DNA of 61,066 nucleotides, the filler included. It is 3 parts of 3 records of this genome, joined end to end, with 100 filler letters (N's around TTAATTAATTAA, not from the genome) between each part and the next. Parts side by side here need not be neighbours in the genome. Positions count along the whole stretch, not along the records: positions 26,309 to 53,731 come from SRR20825006_1604; 2 more parts are not named here. One strand, 5' to 3'. The notes under the pieces were generated by a model. That model saw only the letters and a program-made list of their open reading frames with translations, searched no databases and had not been told where the DNA came from. Of this stretch, positions 39,565-53,831 are shown piece after piece. Both the position numbers and the translations under genes were made by a program. Within the stretch, counting starts at the first letter, position 1, and each line of letters opens with the position of its first letter.

Positions 39565-41019
39565 ATGACACATGAACTCAAGCCCAGGATCCTGGTCTTT
39601 GGTGTTGGCGGTGCCGGAGGCAATGCCGTCGACAACATGATCGAGGCAAACCTGCAAGGTGTCGAGTTTATCGTTGCCAACACTGACGCTCAGGCCCTTT
39701 CCCGTTCCAAAACGGAAAACCGCATCCAGCTCGGCCCGGAAACGACCTCTGGCCTTGGCGCAGGCGCCCGCCCGGACATTGGCGCGAAAGCCGCCGAAGA
39801 ATCCATGGATGAGATCCGCGAGCGCCTCGAAGGCGCCCACATGGTCTTCATCGCCGCGGGCATGGGCGGCGGAACCGGAACCGGCGCAGCCCCGGTGATT
39901 GCGCGGGCCGCGCAGGAAATGAACATTCTGACCGTCGCCGTGGTCACCAAGCCGTTCAGTTTTGAAGGCACGCGCCGCATGACCTTTGCGGAAGAAGGCC
40001 TCGCTGGCATCCAGAAATACGTCGACACGATGATCGTCGTGCCGAACCAGAACCTTTTTCGCATCGCGAATGACCGTACGACCTTCGCCGAAGCCTTCCG
40101 CATGGCAGATGATGTGCTGTATTCCGGTGTCCGAGGCATTACCGATCTGATGGTCATGCCCGGCCTGATCAATCTCGATTTCGCCGACGTCAGCTCGATC
40201 ATGCGCGGCATGGGCGCAGCCATGATGGGCATGGGCGAAGCCGAAGGCGAAAACCGCGCTCTCGAAGCTGCCAAGCTGGCCATCGACAACCCGCTGCTCG
40301 ACGATATCTCGATGCGCGGCGCCAAGGGCGTGCTGATCAACATTACCGGCGGCTATGACATGACGCTGTTTGAACTCGACGAGGCCGCCAATGAGGTGCG
40401 CCGCGAGGTCGACCCGGATGCAAATATCATTCTGGGGTCTGCCTTCGATACCGAACTCGAAGGCAAGATCCGCGTCTCCGTCGTCGCCGCAGGCGTCGAT
40501 GCCGTGATGCCATCTCTGAAGCAGGATGCACCGGTCGCAGAGACTGTGCGCCAGCCCATCGCAGAGCCGATTGAGGAAGAGCATGTGGAGCCCGTCGCCG
40601 AAGTTGAATCGGAGACCGAAGTGGAAGTGGCTGCAGAAGAAGACGATCGCCCGAAAGTGATCCTGCATCATGCCTCCCCGCTCCGTTCAGGCGATGTCGA
40701 TCCGCGGGACGACTTCACGGGACAGTCCCTGCCCGCAGAACATTTTGAAGGCAGTGAAGGCGAAGACCAGATCCAGGCCGACGCCGTTTTCAGCAAGCAG
40801 ACCGAAGCTCCGGCCGAGGAAGACGGCCGCCCGAGTCCGTCCGGCTTCTCGAACCTTTTCGGCTGGCGCCGCGGCGCTCAGGGCGAGAATGATCACGCTC
40901 CGTCTGCCGAATCCGGCTCACAAATCGTGTCCTCTCCGGACGATCACCCCGAACCCGCCCCGTTCGATGATGCAGACCTCGAAATACCGGCCTTCCTGCG
41001 CCGGTCGGCCAATCACTGA
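39565..41019 (+). CDS. ftsZ: Cell division protein FtsZ
   Basis: [27 protein letters not shown]-terminal [10 protein letters not shown]. Confidence 0.99.
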   Translation: MTHELKPRILVFGVGGAGGNAVDNMIEANLQGVEFIVANTDAQALSRSKTENRIQLGPETTSGLGAGARPDIGAKAAEESMDEIRERLEGAHMVFIAAGMGGGTGTGAAPVIARAAQEMNILTVAVVTKPFSFEGTRRMTFAEEGLAGIQKYVDTMIVVPNQNLFRIANDRTTFAEAFRMADDVLYSGVRGITDLMVMPGLINLDFADVSSIMRGMGAAMMGMGEAEGENRALEAAKLAIDNPLLDDISMRGAKGVLINITGGYDMTLFELDEAANEVRREVDPDANIILGSAFDTELEGKIRVSVVAAGVDAVMPSLKQDAPVAETVRQPIAEPIEEEHVEPVAEVESETEVEVAAEEDDRPKVILHHASPLRSGDVDPRDDFTGQSLPAEHFEGSEGEDQIQADAVFSKQTEAPAEEDGRPSPSGFSNLFGWRRGAQGENDHAPSAESGSQIVSSPDDHPEPAPFDDADLEIPAFLRRSANH

Positions 41020-41187
41020 TTTCGCATTCGATTGCAGTCTCAGCGACCGCGAATTGTTACAATAAATCACCAATGATTACAGGGCGGAGGCGGGTGTCTT
41101 CGCCCGCTTTGTAATACGCCGAAACAACCCGTGTTTTGTATCCTGGAGACATACACCCCAAACTAAGCTCCGAAACTGGAGGTTGGT

Positions 41188-42114
41188 GTGTTGTCCGGTA
41201 GTGTAGAATTTCAACAAACGATCGCGCGGCCTGCAGTATGTGCAGGTGTCGGTGTGCATAGCGGCAAGAAGGCAAAGCTCGTCCTGAAGCCTGCCCCTGC
41301 TGGCACAGGTGTCGTTTTCCGCCGGACCGACGTGAAAAGCGGCGATACCGCCATTCAGGCCGATGCCGAATACGTCTCCGACACCCAACTCGGCACCACG
41401 CTGACCAATGATGATGGCGTCTCTGTGGCAGTGGTCGAGCATTTGATGGCCGCACTCGCGGGCATGGGCATCGACAATCTCCTCATCGAAATCGACGGGC
41501 CGGAAGTGCCGATCATGGACGGCTCCTCGGCAGTTTATTGCGAACTGTTGATGCAGGCTGGCCTGCAACGCCAGTCCGCGCCGCGACGCCGCATTCGCAT
41601 CCTGGAAGCGATCGAGATTGAAGACGGCCCGAAGCGGGCACGCCTGTCGCCTTCCGACGACAAGTTTCTGACGCTCAATGCGCGCATTGAATATGACGAC
41701 TCGTTGATCGGCGTGCAGGAGATGGCGCTTAAACTCGCGCCAGGCATGTTTGCCCGCGACCTGGCCTTTGCCCGCACCTACGGGTTTGCGCGCGATGTGG
41801 ATATGCTGCGCTCGATGGGCCTTGCCCGGGGCGGGTCGCTGGAAAATGCGGTTGTTGTGGACAATGGTGAAGTCATAAATCCTGAGGGCTTGCGCTCAGA
41901 GGACGAATTCGTGCGTCACAAGATGCTTGATGCCGTTGGCGACATGATGCTGGCGGGTGCACCGATTGCCGGGATTTATGAAGCGGTTCAGCCCGGTCAC
42001 TCGATCAACAATCTGCTGGTCCGCAAGCTGCTCGATACGCCTTCAGCCTGGTGCTGGGAAACCGATACGGCAGACGCAACCCGCATAGACACGCGCCGGT
42101 CGGCCGCCGTCTGA
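41188..42114 (+). CDS. lpxC: UDP-3-O-acyl-GlcNAc deacetylase
   Basis: GVGVHSG, VEHLMAAL, EVPIMDGS, RHKMLDAVGD. Confidence 0.97.
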   Translation: MLSGSVEFQQTIARPAVCAGVGVHSGKKAKLVLKPAPAGTGVVFRRTDVKSGDTAIQADAEYVSDTQLGTTLTNDDGVSVAVVEHLMAALAGMGIDNLLIEIDGPEVPIMDGSSAVYCELLMQAGLQRQSAPRRRIRILEAIEIEDGPKRARLSPSDDKFLTLNARIEYDDSLIGVQEMALKLAPGMFARDLAFARTYGFARDVDMLRSMGLARGGSLENAVVVDNGEVINPEGLRSEDEFVRHKMLDAVGDMMLAGAPIAGIYEAVQPGHSINNLLVRKLLDTPSAWCWETDTADATRIDTRRSAAV

Positions 42115-42215
42115 GGCGTTGCCCCGCCGATCCCTGAGAAACCTGCTTGGAAAACCCCGCTGGTTCGCGCTAAGCAGGTAGCCAGATCATCACAGCAGAA
42201 AGCGCCTGCCCTGCC

Positions 42216-43055
42216 ATGCGACTGTCCTCCAAGTTCCCGATCCTCCTCATTGCCACTGCAGCCCTCACGCTGACGGCGTGCCAGTCGCGCGACAAGCGCC
42301 GTCAAGAACTGGCCTATGTCGAACGCCCCGTGGAGGCGCTCTACAATCAGGCGGCTAGCGAACTCGACAAACGCGACTTTGATCAGGCGGTCCTGCTGTT
42401 CAACGAAGTCGAGCGCCAGCACCCTTATTCTGAATGGGCCCGCCGCTCGATGGTCATGACGGCTTTCGCCCATTATCAATCCCGCAATTATGACGAAGCG
42501 ATCAGTGGCGCCCAGCGCTATCTTGCGCTTCATCCTGGCGGCTCCGAGGCCGAGTATGCGTATTACCTGATTGCGGCGAGCTACTTCGACCAGATCACGG
42601 ATGTCGGTCGAGATCAGGCAACAACGGAACGCGCGCGTGATGCCTTGGTGGACGTGGTCCGCCGATTCCCAGACAGCCAGTATGCCCGTGATGCCAGCGT
42701 GAAGCTCGACATGGTTCGCGACCAGCTGGCTGGCAAGGAAATGACGGTTGGCCGCTGGTATTTGCGTAACAATCAGACCCTGTCTGCGGTCAATCGCTTC
42801 CGCACGGTTGTGAAGACCTATGACACGACCTCTCACGCCCCCGAGGCATTGCACCGTCTGGTCGAAGCCTATCTGACGCTTGGCCTGCGGGATCAGGCGC
42901 TCGCGGTCGGATCGACGCTTGGCTACAATTATCCCAATAGCGATTGGTACAAGATGAGCTATCGCTTGCTGACCAATGAAGGGCTGGACCCTGAAGCGCT
43001 GGACGCCGAGACCCGCCGCACGCTGTTGCAGCGGATTATTCCCGGCGGCAAATAA
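42216..43055 (+). CDS. bamD: Outer membrane assembly lipoprotein BamD
   Basis: Lipobox LTA-C; TPR pattern ERQHPYSEWA, RDQATT, LAGKEMTVGRWY. Confidence 0.95.
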   Translation: MRLSSKFPILLIATAALTLTACQSRDKRRQELAYVERPVEALYNQAASELDKRDFDQAVLLFNEVERQHPYSEWARRSMVMTAFAHYQSRNYDEAISGAQRYLALHPGGSEAEYAYYLIAASYFDQITDVGRDQATTERARDALVDVVRRFPDSQYARDASVKLDMVRDQLAGKEMTVGRWYLRNNQTLSAVNRFRTVVKTYDTTSHAPEALHRLVEAYLTLGLRDQALAVGSTLGYNYPNSDWYKMSYRLLTNEGLDPEALDAETRRTLLQRIIPGGK

Positions 43056-43067
43056 CCGCCCGGCGGA

Positions 43068-46858
<3,791 letters not shown>

Positions 46859-46899
46859 GGCCAGTCTCCAAAGAGTCTACTGGCCATGATTTATCATTA

Positions 46900-46914
46900 G
46901 AACAAAACCGGAAC
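46900..46914 (-). promoter_or_regulatory. Alphaproteobacterial LexA (SOS) box upstream of recN
   Basis: GAAC-AAAACCG-GAAC, i.e. GTTC-N7-GTTC on the recN strand, about 42 nt before the ATG. Confidence 0.8.
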
Positions 46915-46936
46915 AAGCCCGATTTTCACAGACTGC

Positions 46937-48748
46937 CTAAAGCGGCATGCAGGCCGCGCGCAACCAGTCCTTCACCGGCCCGTCCAGACGGTCGGCCAAC
47001 AATTCGTAGACTTGCGCGTGATAGGCATCGACCCAGTCCCGCTCATCCTTGGTCAGATGAGCCAGATCGATCAGGTCCCGCGCGAGGGGCGCGAAGGTCA
47101 GGCATTCAAAGCCATACATGTCGAGTTCGCCACCTTCGATGGCCGCCGGTGGCGTGACATATTGAAGGTTCTCGATCCGGATGCCGTACTGTCCGGCGCG
47201 GTAGTAGCCCGGCTCATTCGAGACGATCATGCCGGTTTCCAGCGGCACGGAATTCCACGCCTTGGCAATGCGCTGCGGGCCTTCATGGACGCCGAGATAG
47301 ACGCCGACCCCATGGCCGGTGCCGTGCTGGTAGTCGAGCCCGGCCTGCCAGAGCGCATGGCGCGCGAGAATGTCGAGATGGGTTCCGGTCGTGCCTTTCG
47401 GAAAGCGCACCATGGCCAGCGAGATATGCCCCTTCAGGACCAGCGTGTAGTGACGCCGCATGTCCGCGCTCGGATCACCGATGGGAACCGTACGCGTCAC
47501 GTCTGTCGTGCCGTCCAGATACTGGCCGCCACTGTCGACAAGATAGAGGCTGCCACGTTCCAGCTTTCGGTTCGAGGCTGTCGAAACGCGGTAATGCGGC
47601 AGCGCGCCATTCGGGCCGGCACCGGAAATTGTCGGGAAGGACAAATCGTTCAGGCCGCCAAGGTTTTCGCGGAATTCCTCCAGCTTGATGGCGGCGTCGA
47701 TCTCGGTGATCTCGCCGCTCTGCGCGTCCGTATCAAGCCAGTGCAGGAAGCGGGTCAGGGCCACGCCATCACGAAGATGGGCGGCGGCCGAGCCTGCGAG
47801 TTCCGCGTCATTCTTGCAAGCCTTGGGCAGAGCGACCGGGTCGCGTTGGCGTACAGGCGTTGCACCAGCCTGTTCGAGCTGGTCAAAGAACCAGGCTGAG
47901 GCCACATCCGGATCAACGCTGACCGTCTTGCCTTTCAGTTCTGAAAGGCCCTTTTCGAGATCGGCCAACGGGCGCAACGTGACACTGTTGCCGAGATGCT
48001 GTCGGAGCGCGTCGGACACTTTCACTTCATCAAGGAAGAGGTCAGCTGACCCGTCTGCGAACAGAATGGCGCGGCCGAGCGGCAGCGGCGTGCAGCTGAC
48101 ATCACCGCCGCGAATGTTGAAAGCCCAGGCGATGGACGCCGGCGACGTGATCACAGCCGCGTCGAGCTTTTCGGCTTTGAGATCGTGGCCAATCTGCACA
48201 CGCTTTTCGTCATGCGCGACGCCTGCAAATTTTACCTCATGCGGCACGACGAGCGCGGCGGGCTGGTCTGGCCGGTCGGCCCAGGCGAGGTCGATAGGAT
48301 TGTTCGCGACGCTGACCAGTTCAGCGCCAGCCGCCTTGGCGGCCGTGCCCATGGCCGCGACATCGTTCGGGCTCATCAGTTTCGGGTCATAGCCGATGCG
48401 CTTGCCGGTCATGTCCTGCGATTTGAGCCAGCCGAACGGGCCGGGCTCCGGCACAGCCTGAACTTCCCAGAGATCCGGATCGGTCTGGTCGGCGACCTGC
48501 AGCGTGTAGCGGCCATCGGCGAAGATCACCGCGCGGTCTGTGAAGACGAATGCAGAACCGAACGAACCGGTAAACCCGCTCACCCAAGCCAGGCGCTCAT
48601 TGGCGTCAGGCAGGTATTCGTTCTGGTATTCATCATCATGCGGAACATAAAGGCCGTCGAGGCCCTGCGCGGAAAGCTGTTCGCGAACGAGGGGCAGATG
48701 CGCCCGGCCGTCCTGCGGACCGCCCTTGATATCAAATGTCTGTCTCAT
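46937..48748 (-). CDS. Aminopeptidase P family (M24B) peptidase
   Basis: DSGGQYLDGTTDVTRT, HGTGHGVG, VHEGP, SNEPGYY, GIRIENL. Confidence 0.95.
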   Translation of the reverse strand: MRQTFDIKGGPQDGRAHLPLVREQLSAQGLDGLYVPHDDEYQNEYLPDANERLAWVSGFTGSFGSAFVFTDRAVIFADGRYTLQVADQTDPDLWEVQAVPEPGPFGWLKSQDMTGKRIGYDPKLMSPNDVAAMGTAAKAAGAELVSVANNPIDLAWADRPDQPAALVVPHEVKFAGVAHDEKRVQIGHDLKAEKLDAAVITSPASIAWAFNIRGGDVSCTPLPLGRAILFADGSADLFLDEVKVSDALRQHLGNSVTLRPLADLEKGLSELKGKTVSVDPDVASAWFFDQLEQAGATPVRQRDPVALPKACKNDAELAGSAAAHLRDGVALTRFLHWLDTDAQSGEITEIDAAIKLEEFRENLGGLNDLSFPTISGAGPNGALPHYRVSTASNRKLERGSLYLVDSGGQYLDGTTDVTRTVPIGDPSADMRRHYTLVLKGHISLAMVRFPKGTTGTHLDILARHALWQAGLDYQHGTGHGVGVYLGVHEGPQRIAKAWNSVPLETGMIVSNEPGYYRAGQYGIRIENLQYVTPPAAIEGGELDMYGFECLTFAPLARDLIDLAHLTKDERDWVDAYHAQVYELLADRLDGPVKDWLRAACMPL

Positions 48749-48882
48749 GTCCCCTACTTAGTGCGAAAGCGTGGTTTTGACCATAGAAAGCCGCATCGTA
48801 GCTATGCATTTATTCATGCAATTTTCCGCTTTTCTATGCTTTTTTGTTTATGCTTTTACGCTACATAGCGCCCACACAAAAA

Positions 48883-48899
48883 ATTGTGCGCCGCACAAT
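48883..48899. promoter_or_regulatory. Perfect palindrome (PhaR-like TGC-N3-GCA core)
   Basis: ATTGTGCG-C-CGCACAAT in an AT-rich intergenic region, 20 nt before a small ORF. Confidence 0.5.
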
Positions 48900-48918
48900 A
48901 CAAAAAGAGGGACGCACT

Positions 48919-49101
48919 ATGAGACGTCAAAACACAATTACTGCGCCAGAAATGGCAATCCTCAACGGCCAGGGCCGTTCGCTGATGGTCAACGAGATGG
49001 CTGAGCCAGCCTTCGTGAACGCGCTGCAGAGCGCCGAAAGCCAGCGTCCGCAAATCCTGGCACGCCGTTCTGCGCGCTGGGCGCGCCGCGCCGCTTACTG
49101 A
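48919..49101 (+). CDS. Small hypothetical protein (60 aa)
   Basis: ATG 48919 after GAGGGA; fills the gap between pepP and prmA; Arg-rich C-terminus. Confidence 0.5.
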   Translation: MRRQNTITAPEMAILNGQGRSLMVNEMAEPAFVNALQSAESQRPQILARRSARWARRAAY

Positions 49102-49112
49102 TCCTGCAGGGC

Positions 49113-49970
49113 TTAACCCGGCTTCCGGAACACCAGCGTCGACCACCCGTCTTCGCGAATACGTGTCTGGAAGTCGAGCCCACGGGACGCAAAGGCATTT
49201 CGGACTGGCGGCGCTTGGTGGTGCAACAGTCCTGACAGGATAATTGTGCCGCCCGGCGCCGTGAGAGACGCAATATCCGGTGCGAGCCCGATCAGGGGCC
49301 GCATCAGGATGTTCGCAAACACGGTGTCATACGGCCCGCCCTGACGAATGCGCGGCGTGTTCGCACCGGTGACATGCAAGGCGGTGAAGCCGTTGACATG
49401 ATTCTTGCGGGCATTCTCATTCGCCACACGCACGCTATCGAGATCGATATCCGTACCGATCGCCGAGGATGCCCCCGCCTTCAGGGCAGCAATCGCCAGA
49501 ACGCCGGAGCCCGTGCCAAGGTCAAGCACCTTGCCGATGGACCGGCGGCGGCGCACATCATCCAGCGCCAGCAAGCATCCGAGCGTCGTGCCGTGATGGC
49601 CCGTTCCAAACGCAGGGCCGGCCTCGATCAGCACGGAAATCTTTCCCGGTGACTGTCGCGCGAGGGCGTGGCTGCCCGCCACAACGAACGGTCCGGCCTT
49701 GACCGGTGGCAAGCCTTCGAGTGACAGCGTCACCCAGTCTTGCTCGATCACCTGTTCGATCCGCGCGACAAGATCCGGCGCGGCTTCTTCGATAATGACA
49801 ACGCAGGCTTCGGCGTCTTCGAGCGTTTCCGCGAACGCATCGAGCCGCCAACTGGTCCGGCTGTCCTCCTTGGCATCAACCGCGCCCGCTGGCGACGGAT
49901 CGGCCCAGGCCAGCGCGTCCCACGCCGTTTCAACTGGCGCCCGCGCGCCTTTTGCACTTATCTGATACAT
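49113..49970 (-). CDS. prmA: Ribosomal protein L11 methyltransferase
   Basis: AGPAFGTGHHGTT, VLDLGTGSGVLAI, ANIL, ILSGLL. Confidence 0.93.
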   Translation of the reverse strand: MYQISAKGARAPVETAWDALAWADPSPAGAVDAKEDSRTSWRLDAFAETLEDAEACVVIIEEAAPDLVARIEQVIEQDWVTLSLEGLPPVKAGPFVVAGSHALARQSPGKISVLIEAGPAFGTGHHGTTLGCLLALDDVRRRRSIGKVLDLGTGSGVLAIAALKAGASSAIGTDIDLDSVRVANENARKNHVNGFTALHVTGANTPRIRQGGPYDTVFANILMRPLIGLAPDIASLTAPGGTIILSGLLHHQAPPVRNAFASRGLDFQTRIREDGWSTLVFRKPG

Positions 49971-50015
49971 GAGCGGCGCTTAGCAGGCGGATGATTTCTT
50001 GGGAAGGACACAAAG

Positions 50016-50957
50016 ATGGTGCGGATATCTCTCATGGCAGTTGCCATCGGCATCTCCTTATTGGGCGCTTGCGAAACAGCGCCCGATCCGAGCACTGCCC
50101 CCGCCTCCGAGATGGTAGACGCTCCGGCCCCTGTGGCGCCATGGCGTGAGGTGGCTCCTGAAAATCTTGTGGTCGTGAAAACGGTGACAGGGGATGTCAT
50201 GATCGAACTCGCCCCTGAGGCAGCCCCCAAACATGTGGCACAGTTTCGTGAGGCGATCCGGAGCAATCTCTATAATGGCGAATATTTCTATCGCGTGATC
50301 GATGGCCATGTGGCGCAGGCAGGACTCGAATTCGAACACCTTCTGGAAGATTGGGCCGAGCTACCGCTGGAAGCCGAGCGGGCCGTGGACGCAGACGGCT
50401 TCGTGCCCCTGGGCAATGAGGACCTGTTCGCCGGTCAGGTGGGCCACCGGAATGGCTTCGCAGTTGGCCGAGAGAGCGGACAGGAATGGTTACTGCATTG
50501 TCCCGGCGCCCTTGGCATGGCGCGCAATTCCCCGCCGGAGACCGGCTCGACCGAATTCTTTGTTCCCATCGGTCAGCGCCGGTATCTTGATCGGAACTAT
50601 ACGATATTTGGCCGGGTCATTTCGGGCATGGCCCATATCAACCGACTGGAACGCGTGGAGCCTGTGCAGGAGGACAAGATAGAATCCTTCCAGAATCCGG
50701 ACACATCCGAAAAAGCATTTGCGGCGCGCGCGCAGGCCCTCTCCGCCAATGAGATCCTGTCTGTCGGGCTCGCGGCTGACATGCCCGAAAGTTTGCGCCC
50801 ACGCTGGGAAGTCATGGCAACGCCCGGCGCAGAATGGGAAGACCTGAAGACCTCCAAACGCGATTACAGCATCTATGATGCCTTTTTGGTTACACCTCCA
50901 AAGCGCGTGGATATCTGCACACTCCCTGTCCCTGCGAGACAGGTGCTCGTTGATTGA
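50016..50957 (+). CDS. Cyclophilin-type peptidyl-prolyl isomerase lipoprotein
   Basis: Lipobox LLGA-C; APKHV, FYRVIDGHVAQ, HCPGALGMAR, YLDRNYTIFGRV. Confidence 0.88.
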   Translation: MVRISLMAVAIGISLLGACETAPDPSTAPASEMVDAPAPVAPWREVAPENLVVVKTVTGDVMIELAPEAAPKHVAQFREAIRSNLYNGEYFYRVIDGHVAQAGLEFEHLLEDWAELPLEAERAVDADGFVPLGNEDLFAGQVGHRNGFAVGRESGQEWLLHCPGALGMARNSPPETGSTEFFVPIGQRRYLDRNYTIFGRVISGMAHINRLERVEPVQEDKIESFQNPDTSEKAFAARAQALSANEILSVGLAADMPESLRPRWEVMATPGAEWEDLKTSKRDYSIYDAFLVTPPKRVDICTLPVPARQVLVD

Positions 50958-51004
50958 CGAACCGTTCGAGCTTCGTCAGAAATGACGAAAAAACGGGGAG
51001 TGAA

Positions 51005-52291
51005 ATGCTGAAATCAATAAAAGGCGCTGCACGCGCAGGCTTAGTTGTGGCCGCCATCGGGGCACTTGCCCTGCCCGCCCATGCCGATACCGGAGACACA
51101 GCCTGGATCCTGACCGCCACGGCGCTGGTCCTGTTCATGACCCTGCCGGGACTTGCCCTGTTCTATGGCGGCCTCGTTCAAGCGAAGAATTTGCTTTCCA
51201 TCTTCATGCAGTGCTTTGCCATTGCCTGCCTGGTCAGTCTGGTCTGGCTGGTGTGTGGATATTCCATCGCTTTCGGTCCGGGCGCGACGGGCTATCTCGG
51301 CGGGTTCGCGAAGAGCATGCTTGCAAACGTCACCGGCGCGCCACTCGACGGGCAGACCATTCCCGAACCCTTGTTCTTCATGTTCCAGATGACCTTTGCC
51401 ATCATCACCCCGGCGCTGATTGTCGGCGCGTTCGTGGAGCGCGTGAATTTTGCGGCTGTGCTGATCTTTTCCGCGCTCTGGCTCGTGCTCTGCTACGCGC
51501 CTGTTGCCCATTGGGTCTGGGGTGGAGGCTGGCTGGCCCAGCAAGGCGTGATCGATTTCGCAGGGGGTATCGTGGTGCACACGACAGCCGGCATCTCCGC
51601 ACTCGTCTTCGCACTGATGCTGGGACGTCGTAGCCATTTTCCGAAGGATATGCGTCCGCCCCACAGTCCGGGATTCGTGATGCTTGGCGCGGCCATGCTC
51701 TGGGTCGGCTGGTTCGGCTTCAATGCTGGCTCGGCCCTCGGTGCCAATGATGGCGCGGCGCAGGCCATGTTGGTCACACACATCTCGGCCGCCACAGCAT
51801 CACTTGTCTGGATGCTGATCGAATGGGTCAGCTTTCGCAAACCCACACTCGTCGGCATCGCAACCGGCATGGTCGCAGGCCTCGCGACGATCACCCCAGC
51901 GGCGGGATCCGTCGGCCCGGTCGGTGCCATCATTATCGGCATCCTGGCCGCAGGCGTCTGCTACGCAGCCGTTGGCTTGATCCGGCAACGTCTGAAGATC
52001 GATGACAGCCTCGACGTGTTCGCCGTGCATGGCGTTGGCGGTATTCTCGGCAGTTTGTTGATCCCATTCCTCGCAGCCGCAGGTCCGCTGGCGCCGGGAC
52101 TGGAGATGTCCACCGGTGCGCAGTTTGGTGTGCAACTGCTCGGTGTAGCAGTCGTCGCCGTTTATTCGGCCATCATGACCGGAGCGATCCTGTTCGTCAT
52201 CAAGCTGTTCATTCCTTTGCGGGTTTCTACCGAGGATGAGGAGAATGGCCTCGACTCAGCAACTCATGGTGAGTCCGCCTATCACTTCTGA
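51005..52291 (+). CDS. amtB: Ammonium transporter
   Basis: LFMTLPGLALFYGG, FQMTFAIITPAL, DFAGGIVVH, WFGFNAGS, DDSLDVFAVHG. Confidence 0.96.
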   Translation: MLKSIKGAARAGLVVAAIGALALPAHADTGDTAWILTATALVLFMTLPGLALFYGGLVQAKNLLSIFMQCFAIACLVSLVWLVCGYSIAFGPGATGYLGGFAKSMLANVTGAPLDGQTIPEPLFFMFQMTFAIITPALIVGAFVERVNFAAVLIFSALWLVLCYAPVAHWVWGGGWLAQQGVIDFAGGIVVHTTAGISALVFALMLGRRSHFPKDMRPPHSPGFVMLGAAMLWVGWFGFNAGSALGANDGAAQAMLVTHISAATASLVWMLIEWVSFRKPTLVGIATGMVAGLATITPAAGSVGPVGAIIIGILAAGVCYAAVGLIRQRLKIDDSLDVFAVHGVGGILGSLLIPFLAAAGPLAPGLEMSTGAQFGVQLLGVAVVAVYSAIMTGAILFVIKLFIPLRVSTEDEENGLDSATHGESAYHF

Positions 52292-52347
52292 ATGGTATCG
52301 CGGCGGCGCGCTTGACAGGCGCGCCGCAGCAAACCACGGCTAGGGCA

Positions 52348-53118
52348 ATGACCGATACGCCCCCCTTTAAAACGAGTGATAATCTTTCAGGCCTGCCGGA
52401 GATCCGCCATGGATTCTTTGGCCGAAAGGGCGGTGTTTCGGGTGGTCTCTATACCAGTTTGAATGCCGGGGAAGGCTCAGGGGATGTGCCCGGCGCCGTC
52501 GCGACCAATCGCGAGCGAATCCGCACCGCCATGTCCGCGCGCGCGCTGCTCTCCTGCTACCAGATTCATTCAGCCGATGTGGCACATGTCACCGAACCGT
52601 GGAGCGTGCGCCCGGAGGCCGATGCGATGGTGACGAAAATTCCGGGAATCGCCCTGTGCATCCTGACGGCCGACTGCACGCCGGTTCTGTTTGCCGATGC
52701 CAAAGCGGGCGTGATTGGTGCGGCGCATGCGGGCTGGAAAGGCGCCATCGGAGGTGTGCTCGACACCACTGTTGCGGCGATGATTGAACTTGGCGCCGAA
52801 GCTGGCCGGATTCGCGCAGCCATTGGTCCCACGATCCAGCAGGCAAGTTATGAAGTCGGCCCCGAATTCCGAAACACTTTCCTGGACGCCTCCCCCCATA
52901 ACGCGGCCTTGTTCTTGCCTGGCAAGGGAGACCGGTTTCAGTTCGACCTGCCGGGCTATTGTCGACAAAGGCTGGATGGGCTCGGCGTCCACAGCGTTCA
53001 CGACACCGGGCTGGACACATGCGCGCTGAAAGACTCCTATTTTTCCAACCGGCGGCGCAATCAGCGGGGCGAGCCAGACTATGGCCGAAATGCCTCAGTC
53101 ATCATGCTTGCGCTGTAA
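52348..53118 (+). CDS. pgeF: Peptidoglycan editing factor PgeF/YfiH
   Basis: HGFFGRKGGVS, QIHS, LTADCTPVL, AHAGWKG, IGPTI, YEVG. Confidence 0.92.
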   Translation: MTDTPPFKTSDNLSGLPEIRHGFFGRKGGVSGGLYTSLNAGEGSGDVPGAVATNRERIRTAMSARALLSCYQIHSADVAHVTEPWSVRPEADAMVTKIPGIALCILTADCTPVLFADAKAGVIGAAHAGWKGAIGGVLDTTVAAMIELGAEAGRIRAAIGPTIQQASYEVGPEFRNTFLDASPHNAALFLPGKGDRFQFDLPGYCRQRLDGLGVHSVHDTGLDTCALKDSYFSNRRRNQRGEPDYGRNASVIMLAL

Positions 53119-53206
53119 TTTTCTGAAAAAGTCGTAAGAGTCCGGTTGCGACTCGCCGCCCTATGTTACAAAAGCGACACCAATTGGGCAGCACGGGCGC
53201 TCCATC

Positions 53207-53731
53207 ATGAAACTGCTTTCCTGCAACGCAAACCGGCCATTGGCGGAAGCCATCGCCGATTATCTTGACACGCGCCTGACGCGGTCTGAGGTGAAGACCT
53301 TCTCGGATCAGGAAATATTTGTCCGCATCGACGAGAATGTCCGCGGCGAAGATGTCTTCGTGATCCAGTCCACGTCCTACCCCGCCAATGACAATCTGAT
53401 GCAATTGCTGATCTGCATGGACGCGCTGAAGCGCGCCTCGGCCCGTCGCATCACCGCCGTCATCCCCTATTTCGGCTATGCCCGGCAGGATCGTAAAACG
53501 GATGGTCGTACGCCCATCTCCGCCAAGCTGGTCGCAAACCTGATCTGCAGCGCGGGCGCCGACCGCGTATTGACCGTCGATCTGCATGCCGGCCAGATTC
53601 AGGGCTTCTTCGATATTCCAACAGACAACCTGTTCGGCAGTCCCGTCATGGTCGATGACATCAAGGAGCGCTACGGGAACAAGGATCTCATGGTGGTCTC
53701 TCCGGATGTTGGCGGCGTGGTGCGCGCCCGC
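53207..53731 (+). CDS. prs: Ribose-phosphate pyrophosphokinase, 3'-truncated
   Basis: [46 protein letters not shown]. Confidence 0.97.
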
Positions 53732-53831
53732 NNNNNNNNNNNNNNNNNNNNNNNNNNNNNNNNNNNNNNNNNNNNTTAATTAATTAANNNNNNNNNNNNN
53801 NNNNNNNNNNNNNNNNNNNNNNNNNNNNNNN
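53732..53831. other. Artificial contig-joining linker
   Basis: 44 N + TTAATTAATTAA + 44 N, identical to the first linker. Confidence 0.97.
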
